Source: Pristiophorus japonicus (lineage: Eukaryota). Taken from it: a DNA stretch of 64,000 bases. Where the stretch lies: the NCBI RefSeq assembly GCF_044704955.1, contig NC_091978.1:375100001-375164000 (forward strand), in the 5' to 3' direction. The notes beneath the pieces were generated by a model. The model did no database searches and was not told the origin of the DNA. It saw nothing but the letters and a program-made list of their open reading frames with translations. Positions 14,501-25,839 of the stretch are shown here, in pieces. The translations under genes were made by a program, and so were the position numbers. Positions within the stretch are counted from its first letter, which is position 1. The number at the start of each line of letters is the position of its first letter.

Positions 14501-17500
14501 CACTAAGCTGGGTGGCGATGTGAGCTGTGAGGGGGACGCTACGCTAAGAGGCTGCAGGGTGACTTGGACAGGTTAGGTGAGTGGGCAAATGCATGGCAGA
14601 TGCAGTATAATGTGGATAAATGCGAGGTTATCCACTTTGGGGGCAAAAACACGAAGGCAGAATATTATCTGAATGGCAGATTAGGAAAAGGGGAGGTGCA
14701 GCGAGACCTGGGTGTCATGGTTCATCAGTCCTTGAAAGTTGGCATGCAGGTACAGCAGGCGATGAAGGCGGCAACCGGTATGTTGGGCTTCATAGTGAGA
14801 GGATTTGAGCATTGGAGCAGGGAAGTCTTACTGCAGTTGTACAGGGCCATGGTGAGGCCCCACCTGGAATATTGTGTTCAGTTTTAGTCTCCTAATCTGA
14901 GGAAGGACGTTCTTGCTATTGAGGGAGTGCAGCAAAGGTTCACCAGACTGATTCCTGGGATGGCTGGACTGACATATGAGGAGAGACTGGATCAACTGGG
15001 CCTTTATACACTGGAGTTTAGAAGGATGAGAGGGGATCTCATAGAAACAGAAGATTCTGATGGGACTGGACAGGTTAGATGCGGGAAGAATGTTCCTGAT
15101 GTTGGGGAAGTCCAGAACCAGGGGACACAGTCTTCGGATAAGGGGTAGGCCATTTAGGACTGAGATGAGGAGAAAGTTCTTCACTCAGAGAATTCCCTGC
15201 CGCAGAGAGTTGTTGATGCCAGTTCATTAGATATATTCAAGGGGGAGTTAGATATGGTACTTACAGCTAAGGGGATCAAGGGGTATGGAGAGAAAGCAGG
15301 AAAGGGGTACTGAAGGAATGATCAGCCATGATCTTATTGAATGGTGGCGCAGGCTCGAAGGGCCGAATGGCCCCCTCCTGCACCTATTTTCTGTGTTGCT
15401 ATAACCCCATAATTAATGATCTCATAGTAAAGGAAGAGTGATCATAATTTGATAGAATTTCACATTCAGTTTGAGGGTGAGAAACTTGGGTCTGAAACTA
15501 ATGTCTTAAACCTAAATAAAGGCAATTATACAGGTATTAAGACAGAGTTGGTTAAAGTGGACTGGGAAAATAGATTAAAAGGTAAGATGGTAGATAACCA
15601 GTGGCAGACATTTAAGGAGCTATTTCATAATTCTCAACAAAGATATATTCCATTGAGAAAGAAAGACTCTACAAGGATGAACCATCTGTGGCTAACTAAG
15701 AAAGTTAAGGATGGCATCAAATTGAAAGCCAACACCTCCTCGAAAAATTCAATCAGGTTAGTCAAACACGATCGTCCCTTAACAAATCCTTGCAGACTGT
15801 CCGATTAATCCTTGCCTTTCTAAATGTGGATTTATCCTGTCCTTCAGGAATTTTTCCAATAATTTTCCCACCACTGAGGTTAGGCTGACAGGCCTGTAAT
15901 TACTCAGCCTGTCCTTTCTCCCTTCTTAAACAGGGGTACCACATTAGCAGTCCTCCAGCACCATGCCTGAATCTAAAGAGGACTGGAAAATAATATTTCC
16001 TCTTGCTTCGCTCTACAGCCTGGGTCTGGGGACTTATTCACTTTGAAAGCTGCTAAACCCCTTAATACCTCCTCTCTCACTATGTTTATTTCATCCAGAA
16101 TTTCACACTCCTCCTCGATAGCAGTATCTGCATCGCCCCGCTCCTTTGTGAAAACAGACGTTAAGTATTCATTAAGAACCATATCCACATCTTCCGCCTC
16201 CACACACAGATTATCCTCATGGTCTCTAATAGGTCCTACTCTTTCTTTAGTTATCTCTTGTTCTTAATATGTTTATAGAACATCTTTGGGTTTTCCTTGA
16301 TTTTACTTGCCAAGAATTTTTCATTCGCTCTCAACATTCCTAATATTCTTAATTTTACATCTGAACTTTCTATATTCTTCCAGAGATTCTACAGTATTTA
16401 GCCGTCGGTATATGACATAAGCTTCCCTTTTTTTCTTTATCCTCCCCTGTAAGTCCTTAAACATCCAGGGAGCTCTAGAATTATTATTCCCACCCTTTTT
16501 CTTTAAGGGCACATGCCTGAGCCCTCCGGATCTCCTCCTTGAATGCCTCCCACTGTTCCGACACTGATTTACCTTCAAGTAGCTGTTTCCAGTCCACTCT
16601 GGCTAAATCACTTCTCAACTTAGCAAAGTTAGCCTTTCCCCAATTTGGGACTTTTATTCCAGGTCGATCCTTGTCCTTAGCCATAACTACCTTAAATCTA
16701 ACTGAATTATGGTCACTAGCACCTAAATGCTCTTCCACGGATACCCCTTTCCATCTGCCCAGCTTCATTCCCCAAAACTAAATCCAGAACCGCCCCCTCC
16801 CGTGTTGGGCTTGTTACATACTGGCTAAAAAGTTCTCCTGAATGCATTTTAGGAATTCCGCTCCCTCTATACCCTTCACACTATATTTGTCCCCATCAAC
16901 ATTAGGATAGTTGGACTTCACAGAAATTTGCTCTTCTATCTCCCTCCCACTGTTTTTTTTTGGGGGGAGGGGTCCACAATACACACCCAGCAGTGTGATC
17001 GCCCCTTTTTTATTTTTCACTTTGACCCATACGATGATCCCGATAACATGTCATCCCTCCTCACAGCTGTAATAGTTTCTTTAATCAATACTGTGATCTC
17101 CCCCCCCCCCTCTTTTTACCCCTCTTTTTGCCCTGTCGAAATATCCTGTAACCAGGAATACTGAGCTGCCAAACCTGTCCCTCTTTCAACCATGTCTGTG
17201 TAATGGCTATAATGTCATACTCCCAAGTGTCTACCTGTGCTCTCAGCTCATCCGCCTTATTCGCTATACTCCTTGCATTGACGTATATCCCATTCAGCAC
17301 AGGAAGACCCCCTTGATTACTACTTACTAACCCGTTTCCTGTCTTACAGATTCACTTTTAATGTTCTTCCTATCCAATTTCAGCTTTACTTCCTTCCCTA
17401 TTGAATTTGTTCTTAGAATCCCATCCCCCTGCCAAGCTAGTTTAAATTCTCCCCAACAGCACTAGCAAAACTCCCCGTGAGGATATTGGTCACGGCGCTA

Positions 17501-19072
17501 TTGAGGTGCAACCCATCCAGTTTGTACAGGTCCCATCTCCCCCAGAAGCGGTCCCAATGCCTCAGGAATTTAAAGCCTTATGAGGAAAGGTTGAGCAGGT
17601 TGGACCTGTACATATTGGAGTTTAGAAGAATGAGATGATCTTATTGAAACATAAGATTTGGAGGGGGCTTGACAATGTTCACCTCGTGGGGGAATCTAGA
17701 ACGAGGGGGCATAGTTTCAGAATAAGGGTCGCTCATTTACAACAACAACTCGTATTTATAAAGCACCTTTAACGTAGTGAAATGTCCCGAGGCGCTTCAC
17801 AGGAGCAGAGATTTTTTTTTTTAAATGACACCAACACAAGTAGAAATGAACACAGGTGACCAAATGCTTGGTCAAAGAGGTTGGTTTTAAGGCACGACTT
17901 AAAGGAGGAAAGAGAGGTGGAGGGGTTTAGGGAGGGAGTTCCAGAGCTTGGGGCCACGGCCACAGAAGGCACGGCCACCGATGGTTGAGAAATTATAATC
18001 AGGGATGCTCAAGGGGTGTATGGTCTACTCCTGCTCATATTTCTTATCTTATGTAACCCTGCATATTTCCCCCCCTTAAAATAGTTATCACATTCTCTTT
18101 TGCATTCCAGATGACAACAACTCGCTACGTAAAAAATGTTTCCTCGTGCCATCCGTAGGTCTTTTGCAAAGCACCTTAAATCGGTGTCTTCTGGTTACCG
18201 GCCCTTCTGTCACTAGATAGAATAAATAAGGAGAAACTATCAAAACCATTCATGATTTTGAATACCTCCATCAATCTCCTCTTGTTTCTCCAGTCGCTCC
18301 TGAAATCTAGTAAAATTCTAATAAATCTCACCAGCAGCCTCTCAAACACTTTAAATCCTTATGATATAGTTGAAAATGTCAATCATATAGAACATTGCAG
18401 GGTAAAGTCCATCACAAACCAAGAGACTAAATGCCTCCAAATGACACACAGGCATGAGGGTAAGTGTAGAGAGTGGGAGCCCTGGTTAATGCACCCTCCC
18501 ATCAGGCTGGGAATCAGAGCCGGTGCTGCTCACCCCACAAGTCACTCATTGACTGCCAGGTGCCCGGCAAAGGCACAAAACTAAAATGTCTTTCTGTCCT
18601 TTCTCAGAATTTTACTTTCCCAGGAATTCTGTCCTAAAGCTGGTGAGAAATGTCTCTGTGTCGTCCTTCACCCAGAGCTGCTCCTGTCAGCGGCACAACC
18701 CGCAGGGAAAGGCCCCGGCCTGAGGCCCGGCACAGCAAGATCCCACAGACAGCCGCTCAATGTTACAGCGGCAGGAGCCCGGGGGCCGGGCCTGTGGTGA
18801 GCGGGAGCCCCGGGGACCGGGCCTGTGGTGAGCGGGAGCCCCGGGGACCGGGCCTGTGGTGAGCGGGAGCCCCGGGGGCCGGGCCTGTGGTGAGCGGGAG
18901 CCCCGGGGACCAAAGCCGGGCCTGTGGTGAGCGGGAGCCCCGGGGACCGGGCCTGTGGTGAGCGGGAGCCCCGGGGACCGGGCCTGTGGTGAGCGGGAGC
19001 CCCGGGGACCAAAGCCGGGCCGGCACCCACCTGCAGCCGGACGGCGCCGCTCACACCCCGGGCCCAGCTCAT
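5315..19072 (-). CDS. AhpD/CMD-family peroxidase-related protein, 5 coding exons: 19072-19031, 10330-10160, 7754-7655, 5825-5695, 5590-5315 (~239 aa)
   Basis: All four introns are GT-AG with phases 0,0,1,0 giving one open frame. The translation has [55 protein letters not shown] and [17 protein letters not shown], typical of AhpD-like uncharacterised peroxidase-related enzymes. Confidence 0.9.
5695..5825 (-). CDS. AhpD-like gene exon 4, carrying the CPYC..H catalytic motif
   Basis: Acceptor ttgtctctag, donor CAG|GTGAGC, 131 nt. Confidence 0.92.
6189..7612. repeat. C-rich minisatellite, unit ~26-30 bp CACCTACCCCCGTACCCTTAGCCCCC, ~50 copies
   Basis: Directly visible tandem array in intron 3 of the AhpD-like gene. 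Confidence 0.95.
7655..7754 (-). CDS. AhpD-like gene exon 3 (GGFLPNIF...NKES)
   Basis: Acceptor ctgctttacag, donor G|GTATGA, 100 nt. Confidence 0.9.
7935..9400 (+). mobile_element. Old CR1 LINE fragment
   Basis: Degenerate RT motifs (gcctttgacaaggtacc, cagggttcagtgctgggtcc, agacctcagttgaagtactgtgtgcag). Confidence 0.75.
8197..8480. repeat. 24-bp tandem repeat AAACATTGATTGGAAGGGAGAATG x~12
   Basis: Near-perfect array inside the CR1 fragment. Confidence 0.95.
10160..10330 (-). CDS. AhpD-like gene exon 2 (SFVALTSRW...MEEVETK)
   Basis: Acceptor ttccaattctag, donor AAG|GTGGTC, 171 nt open. Confidence 0.88.
10790..11720 (-). mobile_element. CR1 LINE 3' portion
   Basis: ORFs [19 protein letters not shown] and [11 protein letters not shown], plus a CR1-type 3' UTR. 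Confidence 0.88.
12420..15402 (+). mobile_element. Near-complete CR1 ORF2 (AP endonuclease + RT), inactivated
   Basis: NARSI..K, GITET, YRPP, MGDFN, SDH, DFQKAFD, PQ.SVLGP and FADD motifs; several stops and frameshifts; CR1 3' tail. Confidence 0.93.
15730..17570 (-). mobile_element. CR1 LINE fragment (endonuclease/linker)
   Basis: [21 protein letters not shown] and KSPDPG motifs in broken frames. Confidence 0.85.
18775..19021. repeat. 31-bp GC-rich minisatellite CCGGGCCTGTGGTGAGCGGGAGCCCCGGGGA x7
   Basis: Tandem array starting ~10 bp inside intron 1 of the AhpD-like gene. Confidence 0.92.
19031..19072 (-). CDS. AhpD-like gene exon 1 ([14 protein letters not shown])
   Basis: ATG in GGCGCCATG Kozak-like context within a CpG island. 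Donor CAG|GTGGGT is phase 0 and fits exon 2. Confidence 0.75.
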
Positions 19073-19508
19073 GGCGCCTGCCGCCTGCCGCCGCTTTCTT
19101 CTCCAGAGGGCAAACCAGACCGGAAGTCGCAAACCGCTTCCGGGAGCCGGGGAGCCGAGCTGCCGCGCCTGCGCGACAACCCGCCAATGCAGACCCGGAA
19201 CACGAACCCTGCTCCTCCCCGCGCTCGCTGCTCGGCCCGCGGAGATTTCCGGCACTTTCTGTTTCTATTTCAGATCCCAGTCTCCGCGGGATTGGCCTTT
19301 TGTTGTTTGGGTTTGGCGGTTGGCAGTAGCTTCCGGTTCGTTGGCAGCAGTCATTCTGGGAACGTGACCTCGGCTCAACCTTGCAACCCGGAGCTAAACC
19401 CCACCCTGACTTCCGGCGCTGTCCCATGACGTTTGTTGCCTTTGTTGTTGCTCCGGGGTTCGCGGAGCGGGAGCGGGGCTGATCCTGCGGCCGGCCGGCG
19501 GGCGGGCC
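19073..19508. promoter_or_regulatory. Bidirectional CpG-island promoter shared by the AhpD-like gene and SMIM19
   Basis: GC/CpG-rich, between two divergent ATGs. ETS/GABP-type CCGGAAGT at 19120-19127, ACTTCCGG at 19409-19416, further TTCCGG cores; CCAAT at 19184 and ATTGG at 19291. Confidence 0.8.
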
Positions 19509-22500
19509 ATGGCCGGTTACGGGGCGATGGCGGGCGGCGCGGGGATGGACTACACGGTGCACGAGGCCTGGAACGACGCCACCAACGTTTATCTGATCGC
19601 CATCTTGCTCAGCCTCGGCCTCTTGGTGTACGCGCGCCGGTGGGTAGCCCCGCCCATTGCTCCGCCCCCGGGCGCCTAGCCCCGCCCATTACCCCGCCCC
19701 TGGCACATCGCCCCGCCTCGGGACCGAGCCCCGCCCATAGCCCTGCCCCCGGGCGCCTAGCCCCGCCCATTGCTCCGCCCCCGGGCACCGAGCCCCGCCC
19801 ATTGCCCTGCCCCCGGGCACCGAGCCCCGCCCATAGCCCTGCCCCTGGGCACCTAGCCCCGCCCATTGCCCTGCCCCTGGGCACCTAGCCCTGCCCCTGG
19901 GTACCGAGCCCCGCCCATTGCCCTGCCCCTGGGCACTGAGCCCCGCCCATTACCCCGCCCCTGGCACATCGCCCCGCCTCGGGACCGAGCACCGCCCATA
20001 GCCCTGCCCCTGGCACATTGCTTCGCCTCTGGGCACTTAGCTCCGCCCCGGGCACCGAGGCCCGCCCATTAACCTGGCTCCGATCCCCGCTCATTGCTCC
20101 GCCCCCTTGCACCAAGCCCCGCCCTCTCAAACGTTAATCTCAATTGTGTATTTTAGGAATAAGAGGAAGATTATGAGAATATTTACGGTGCCTCCCACGG
20201 ATCCAACGCCTGAGCCCAACTTTTATGACAACTTACAGAAAGTTCGCTTACGACAGCAGTTGGACATGTACTACATCGGTGAGTCTGTTCTGCCAGTAAC
20301 GGTGTGGCAAAAATGTTTGAACTTTGAAAAGTCGAATCCCAGTGTATTTTGGTTAATTAATTTAATGGAAGAAATCATCTTTTATTTTTTTTAATTCATT
20401 CTCGGGATGTGGGAGTCGCTGGCGAGGCCGGCCTTTATTGCCCATCCCTAATTGCCCTGAAAAGGTGGTGAGCCTCCTTCTTGGACCAAGAAAGACCAAC
20501 CTGCATTTTTACAGTACCTTTCACAACCTCAGGATATCCAAAGCGACTTACAGCCAATGAATTATTTTTTGAAATGTAGTCACTGTTGTAATATAGAAAA
20601 TATGGCAGACATTTTACGACAGCAAACTCCCACAAACAGCAATGTGATAATGACCAGATAATCTGTTTTAGATTGAGGGATAAATATTGGCCAGGACACG
20701 CCAAAAGGCATTCGATAAGGTGCCACACAAAAGGTTACTGCAGAAGATAAAGGTACGCGGAGTCAGAGGAAATGTATTAGCATGGATAGAGAATTGGCTG
20801 GCGAACAGAAAGCAGAGAGTCGGGATAAATGGGTCCTTTTCAGGTTGGAAATCGGTGGTTAGTGGTGTGCCACAGGGATCGGTGCTGGGACCACAACTGT
20901 TTACAATATACATCGATGACCTGGAAGAGGGGACAGAGTGTAGTGTAACAAAATTTGCAGATGACACAATGATTAGTGGGAAAGCGGGTTGTGTAGAGGA
21001 CACAGAGAGGTTGCAAAGAGATTTAGATAGGTTAAGCGAATGGGCTAAGGTTTGGCAGATGGAATACGATGTCGGAAAGTGTGAGGTCATCCGCCTTGGA
21101 AAAAAACAGTAAAAGGGAATATTATTTGAATGGGGAGAAATTACAACATGCTGAGGTGCAGAGGGACCTGGGGGTCCTTGTGCATGAAACTCTTTTTGGA
21201 GTTTATCTGTAAAACATAAATTATTAAACCGTGCCACCCGACCTGGATGACACACCAGACATTTACAAGGCCCTTTTTTTTTTCTTTTTTTCTTTTTTTT
21301 TGTGTTTTTCTTTTTTTTGTGGTTTTTTTTGGGGGCACTAAAATCACATTTTTTCCCCAGTGCCCCCTATAAAAGGGAAGGGGGACACTAAAAGCACCGG
21401 CAATTAAAACAAATTAAACTTTAAAACGTAAAATCAAATTAAAATTTGGTTGCCGGGCGTGATGATGCACTCCAGTCCCTCCGGTGCCCACCTCTCGCGG
21501 AAGGCCGCGAGCGTACCGGTGGACACCGCGTGCTCCATCTCCAAGGACACCCTGGACCGGATGTAAGAGCGGAAGAGAGGCAGGCAGTCAGGTTGAATGA
21601 CCCTCCTTGTGCATGAATCCCCCCCAAAAAAAGTTTGTTTGCAGGTGCAGCAAGTAATCAGGAAGGCGAATGAAATGTTGGCCTTCATTGCGAGAGGGAT
21701 GGAGTACAAAAGCAGGGAAGTTCTGCTGCAACTGTATAGGGTATTGGTGAGGCCACACCTGGAGTACTGCGTGCAGTTTTGGTCACCTTACTTAAGGAAG
21801 GATATACTAGCTTTGGAGGGGGTACAGAGACGATTCACGAGGCTGATTCTGGAGATGAGGGGGTTACCTTATGATGATAGATTGAGTAGACTGGGTCTTT
21901 ACTCGTTGGAGTTCAGAAGGATGAGGGGCGATCTTATAGAAACATTTAAAATAATGAAAGAGATAGACAAGATAGGGGCAGAGAGGTTGTTTCCACTGGT
22001 CGGGGAGACTAGAACTAGGGGGCACAGCCTCAAAATACGGGGGAGCCAATTTAAAACCGAGTTGAGAAGGAATTTCTTCTCCCAGAGGGTTGTGAATCTG
22101 TGGAATTCTCTGCCCAAGGAAGCAGTTGAGGCTAGCTCATTGAATGTATTCAAATCACAGATAGATAGATTTTTAACCAATAAGGGAATTAAGGGTTACG
22201 GGGAGCGGGCGGGTAAGTGGAGCTGAGTCCACGACCAGATCAGCCATGATCTTGTTGAATGGCGGAGCAGGCTCGAGGGGCTAGATGGCCTACTCCTGTT
22301 CCTAATTCTTATGTTCTTATGTAACTCCCCTGCCCTTCTTTGAAATAGAGCCATGGGATCTTTTACGTCCACTTGAGAGGGCAGACGGGGCCTCAGTTAA
22401 CGGTACAACTGAGTGATTCACTCGACCCCTTCAGATGGCATTTAAACTCAATCACTTGGTGTGAGACTGGAGTCACTATAGGCCCAGACCGGGTAAGGAC

Positions 22501-24021
22501 GGCAGGTTTCCTTCCCAATGGGACATTAGTGACCCACTCGGGTTTTTGCGATTTACTAGCACCAGCTTTTCCAGATTTAAAGACAAACTGCGACAGTAAA
22601 TCAGGAAAACTGATGGAGACTTCGGCTCCTCCGCAGTCAGTACACTGATAAATGCTCCACTAAAGGTTAGACCCAAAGGGATTTGGTGTATTTGGGGTTT
22701 TAACAGCGTATTGACTGCTGAACAAAGGTTATGGGCCTGAAAATCTAACCTTAATTTTGTGCAGTGTGAACTTTATCCATTTTAATTAAAATTTTAAGAA
22801 ACTTTTCTTAAAGTTTATTCATCTTTATTTCAGGTTTGCCTTTTCCCCGTGTGAGAGCCCTGAGCTTTGTTTTGCCATCTCTTAACATTTTGGATGAGCA
22901 AGAATTTTCTCCAGTTGAATATTGGGAAAACTGAAGCCATTGTTTTCGGTCCCCGCCACAAACTGCGTTCCCCAGCCATTGACTCCATCCCTCTCCCCAA
23001 CTCCTGTCTGAGGCTGGACCAGACTGTTCGCAACCTAGGTGTCATATTTAACCCTGAAATGAGCTTCCAGCCACATAGCCACAGCATAACTAAGACCGCC
23101 TATTTTCATCTCTGTCACATCGCCCGTCTCCACCCCCTGCCTCAGCTCATCCGCTGCTGAAACCCTCATCCAGGCCTTCGTTACCTCCAGACTTGACTAT
23201 TCCACCACACTCCTGGCTGGCCTCCCACATTCTACCCTATGTAAACTAGAGGTGATCCAAAACTCAGGCTGCCCATGTCCTAACTCACCCATCACCCCCT
23301 GTGCTCACTGACCTATGTTGGCTTCTGGTTGAGCAATGCCTTGATTTCAAAATTCTCATCCTTGCTTTCAACTCCCTCCATGGCCTCGCCCCTCCCTATC
23401 TCTGTAACCTCCTCCAGCCCCACAACCCCCCGAGATGTCTGCGCTCTTTTAATTCTGCCCTCCTGAGCAACCCTGATTGTAATCGCTCCACCATCGGTGG
23501 CCGTGCCTTCTGTTGCCTGGGCCCCAAGCTCTGGAACTCCCTCCCTAAACCTCTCCACCTCTCTCTCCTCCTTCATGGCGCTCCTTAAAACCGACCTCTT
23601 CGACCCCTGTGCTAATTTCTACTTATGCGGCTCGGTGTCAAATTGTTATCACATAATACTCCTGTGAGGCGCCTTGGAAATTTCACCACGTTAAAGGTGC
23701 TATATAAATACACGTTGCTGTTTTGATTGGCGGCTTAGACAGCTTGTTGACAGCAGAACAGCTCACACTGGGGGAATCCCCACGAACTTCCGTTGAATTG
23801 AATTCAAGGTCGGAAAAGCCACAGTGATTGTGAGATCCTTGTGCGGAGGGTATTCGGGGCCAGCATTGACTGTCTTCACATTGCCGCAGGCCACAAATTC
23901 TGGGCCATCGTTTTTATTTTGGAATGTATTTGAACTAATCCTATTGTTTGGTGTTGTTTCAGCACGGAAGTATGAGCAACAGCAAGGGCAGTCGGACAGT
24001 GTGCAGCTTACAGTGGAGTGA
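19509..24021 (+). CDS. SMIM19: Small integral membrane protein 19; exons 19509-19639, 20157-20278, 23963-24021 (103 aa)
   Basis: Joined translation [58 protein letters not shown]...[32 protein letters not shown] is recognisably SMIM19. Introns GT-AG, phases 2 and 1. Confidence 0.93.
19647..20125. repeat. GC-box-rich degenerate tandem repeat (GCCCCGCCCAT core) filling SMIM19 intron 1
   Basis: More than 15 CCCCGCCC-like motifs visible. Confidence 0.85.
20700..22321 (+). mobile_element. CR1 LINE 3' half inserted in a Deu-domain SINE (SINE pieces ~20495-20699 and 22322-22405)
   Basis: RT ORFs 20687-21112 and 21597-22226; (TTCTTATG)n tail; SINE sequence resumes at taactcccctgcc. Confidence 0.88.
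21189..21603 (-). mobile_element. 5'-truncated non-LTR element (Tx1/L1-like 3' end) nested in the CR1
   Basis: 14-bp TSD TCCTTGTGCATGAA at 21175-21188 and 21604-21617. Encodes ...[25 protein letters not shown] second copy lies at 28319-28860. Confidence 0.75.
22890..23720 (+). mobile_element. L2-type LINE 3' fragment
   Basis: [21 protein letters not shown] and GGRAF...PKLWNSLP motifs; ggtgctatataaat tail. Confidence 0.82.
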
Positions 24022-24181
24022 GGAGTGCTCGTTACAGCAGAGCATCAGAAGGCCACGCAGCCAGACCAACGAGAGACTCTGAACTGAAGGTGGGGCCAGT
24101 AAAAAAAACACTGCAAATATTGGAAATCTGAAATCAAAGCAGAAAATGCTGGCAATTGGAGGTTACTGTTCACCTCTACAC

Positions 24182-24183
<2 letters not shown>

Positions 24184-24217
<34 letters not shown>
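24184..24217. repeat. (CA)n microsatellite in the SMIM19 3' UTR
   Basis: Visible dinucleotide run. Confidence 0.95.
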
Positions 24218-24219
<2 letters not shown>

Positions 24220-25323
24220 AGGTGGAGATTACTGCTCCGCACCTACATCTGCTCGTCATCTGTTACATAACAATCATGTTCATTCACGTTTCCCCCATAC
24301 ACAAAATGTGCTGAGAAAGTGAGACAGACCTGGAATGTGACCTCTCATTGTGAGACTGCTTCCCTGACCTTGTGTTCCAGGCTCATTGATAACATCCACT
24401 GGATAGAGTCAGATTATTGGGAACAACGTTGTAAGGATTGATGTTGGGGTGAAGGGATGGGTTTGCTCTCAGTTGAGAATATTTTTGATCAATTTTATCT
24501 TATACTTTTTTTAAACAAAACCCCTCTATTTTTTATGGATGGAGTTTGGTTTTAAGTGATTCTGTTTTAACTCAGGTAAAACTTTGTCTTGCCTATTATT
24601 GGTGTTTTATTTTAAAATAATTTGTAATTGGATTCCTTAACAGGACTGTGTTAAGCAAAGATGTTGCTAAATGCAGAAATAATATTGACTGAATGTGACA
24701 TTTAAAATAATTAGAAATGTTCAGATTTTTATTAATGCTTAGAATATTTTTCTGTTTCCACTTTTCTTCCTTTGCCGTTTTTCTCCTGAATAGAATGATT
24801 CTGATGGTAAATGTACGGGGTTTAGTTGCCTTGTGGCTGTGAGAATCTGGACAATGAGCATCATTGTACTCATTAGCCCTGGCCCAGTCCCAGCTAAGCT
24901 CACTCCTGTTCCACGTGTTTTTCAGCAGGGCTCGCTGGATAGTGAACGAGAGCGAGAACTCTGTCTAAGTTTCTCCTTGCGACCCTGAAGCCCATTGTAG
25001 CATCTCTCAGACGTTGCTTCAGCAGCCATTGAGATTGGATCTTCTGGTCTGTGTGGTTGGGGACATTTAGCAAATGGGACGTTGGCAAGCCTTTTGTTTT
25101 ATATATTCTTCAGTTACTAAATGCTTTTTGTTGAATCTTGATAGTTATGTAAGTAGACCTTTCTGAACGGTGACTTAATTTAGTTCATAATGTACCTTAG
25201 ATAATGTTCTACCCAGCGACCAGAAAGTAGTTCCGTGTTCTCATCCACACATTACACGTAAACCAGCGGTGATTAGACTAAATCTATGCTTTGTACTTGT
25301 AAAATGCTGAGAATGTGATTACT

Positions 25324-25329
25324 AATAAA
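25324..25329 (+). terminator. Probable SMIM19 polyadenylation signal
   Basis: AATAAA after ~1.3 kb of AT-rich UTR-like sequence, followed by GT/T-rich sequence. Confidence 0.5.
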
Positions 25330-25839
25330 AAATTTCAAAGTGCTGTATGTTATGAAGTGAAATTGTTTTAAATAATGTAGTTGTGCTCTTCTGTGTAAAT
25401 CTATTTTGTTTTTTCCTTCTGATTATATTGTATCTGGCCTCCAGACATTGAAGGTTTGATGCAGTTCGCCTAGTTTTTGGTACTCTACCTGTTGGGAGCC
25501 AAAGTCATCCTCACTGTTTTGCTAAATAAGGAACTTGCATCTCGATAGTGCATTTCACATCCCCAAACGCTCAACTGCAACTGCAAGCACAGCGAACCAT
25601 GAGTTCCTTTGCTTTTGGTGCTGGTTGAGGGAGCAGTGTTGGCCAATGCTGGGTGTCTCTTTCTCCTTCCCGCAGGACCTCTCTCCCTGGGTTTTATAGA
25701 ATACAATGGCGGCCTCACGACCTCGCTGTTGGCCCGTGCTGCACCGCTCCTTGGCATCGACCGCCATTCCTCGCCGCTTCTGGGCCTCAGCGGCTGCCAG
25801 ACCTCCCGCTGCTCTCCAACCTAGGGACCTCCTGCGGCA

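Noticed and set aside
18668-19888. Long overlapping GC-rich ORFs (195, 291 and 151 aa)
   Set aside because: Stop-poor CpG island and tandem repeats; only the short first exons are supported.
22731-23908. Degenerate TIR element around the L2 fragment
   Set aside because: The terminal inverted match is too weak to support.
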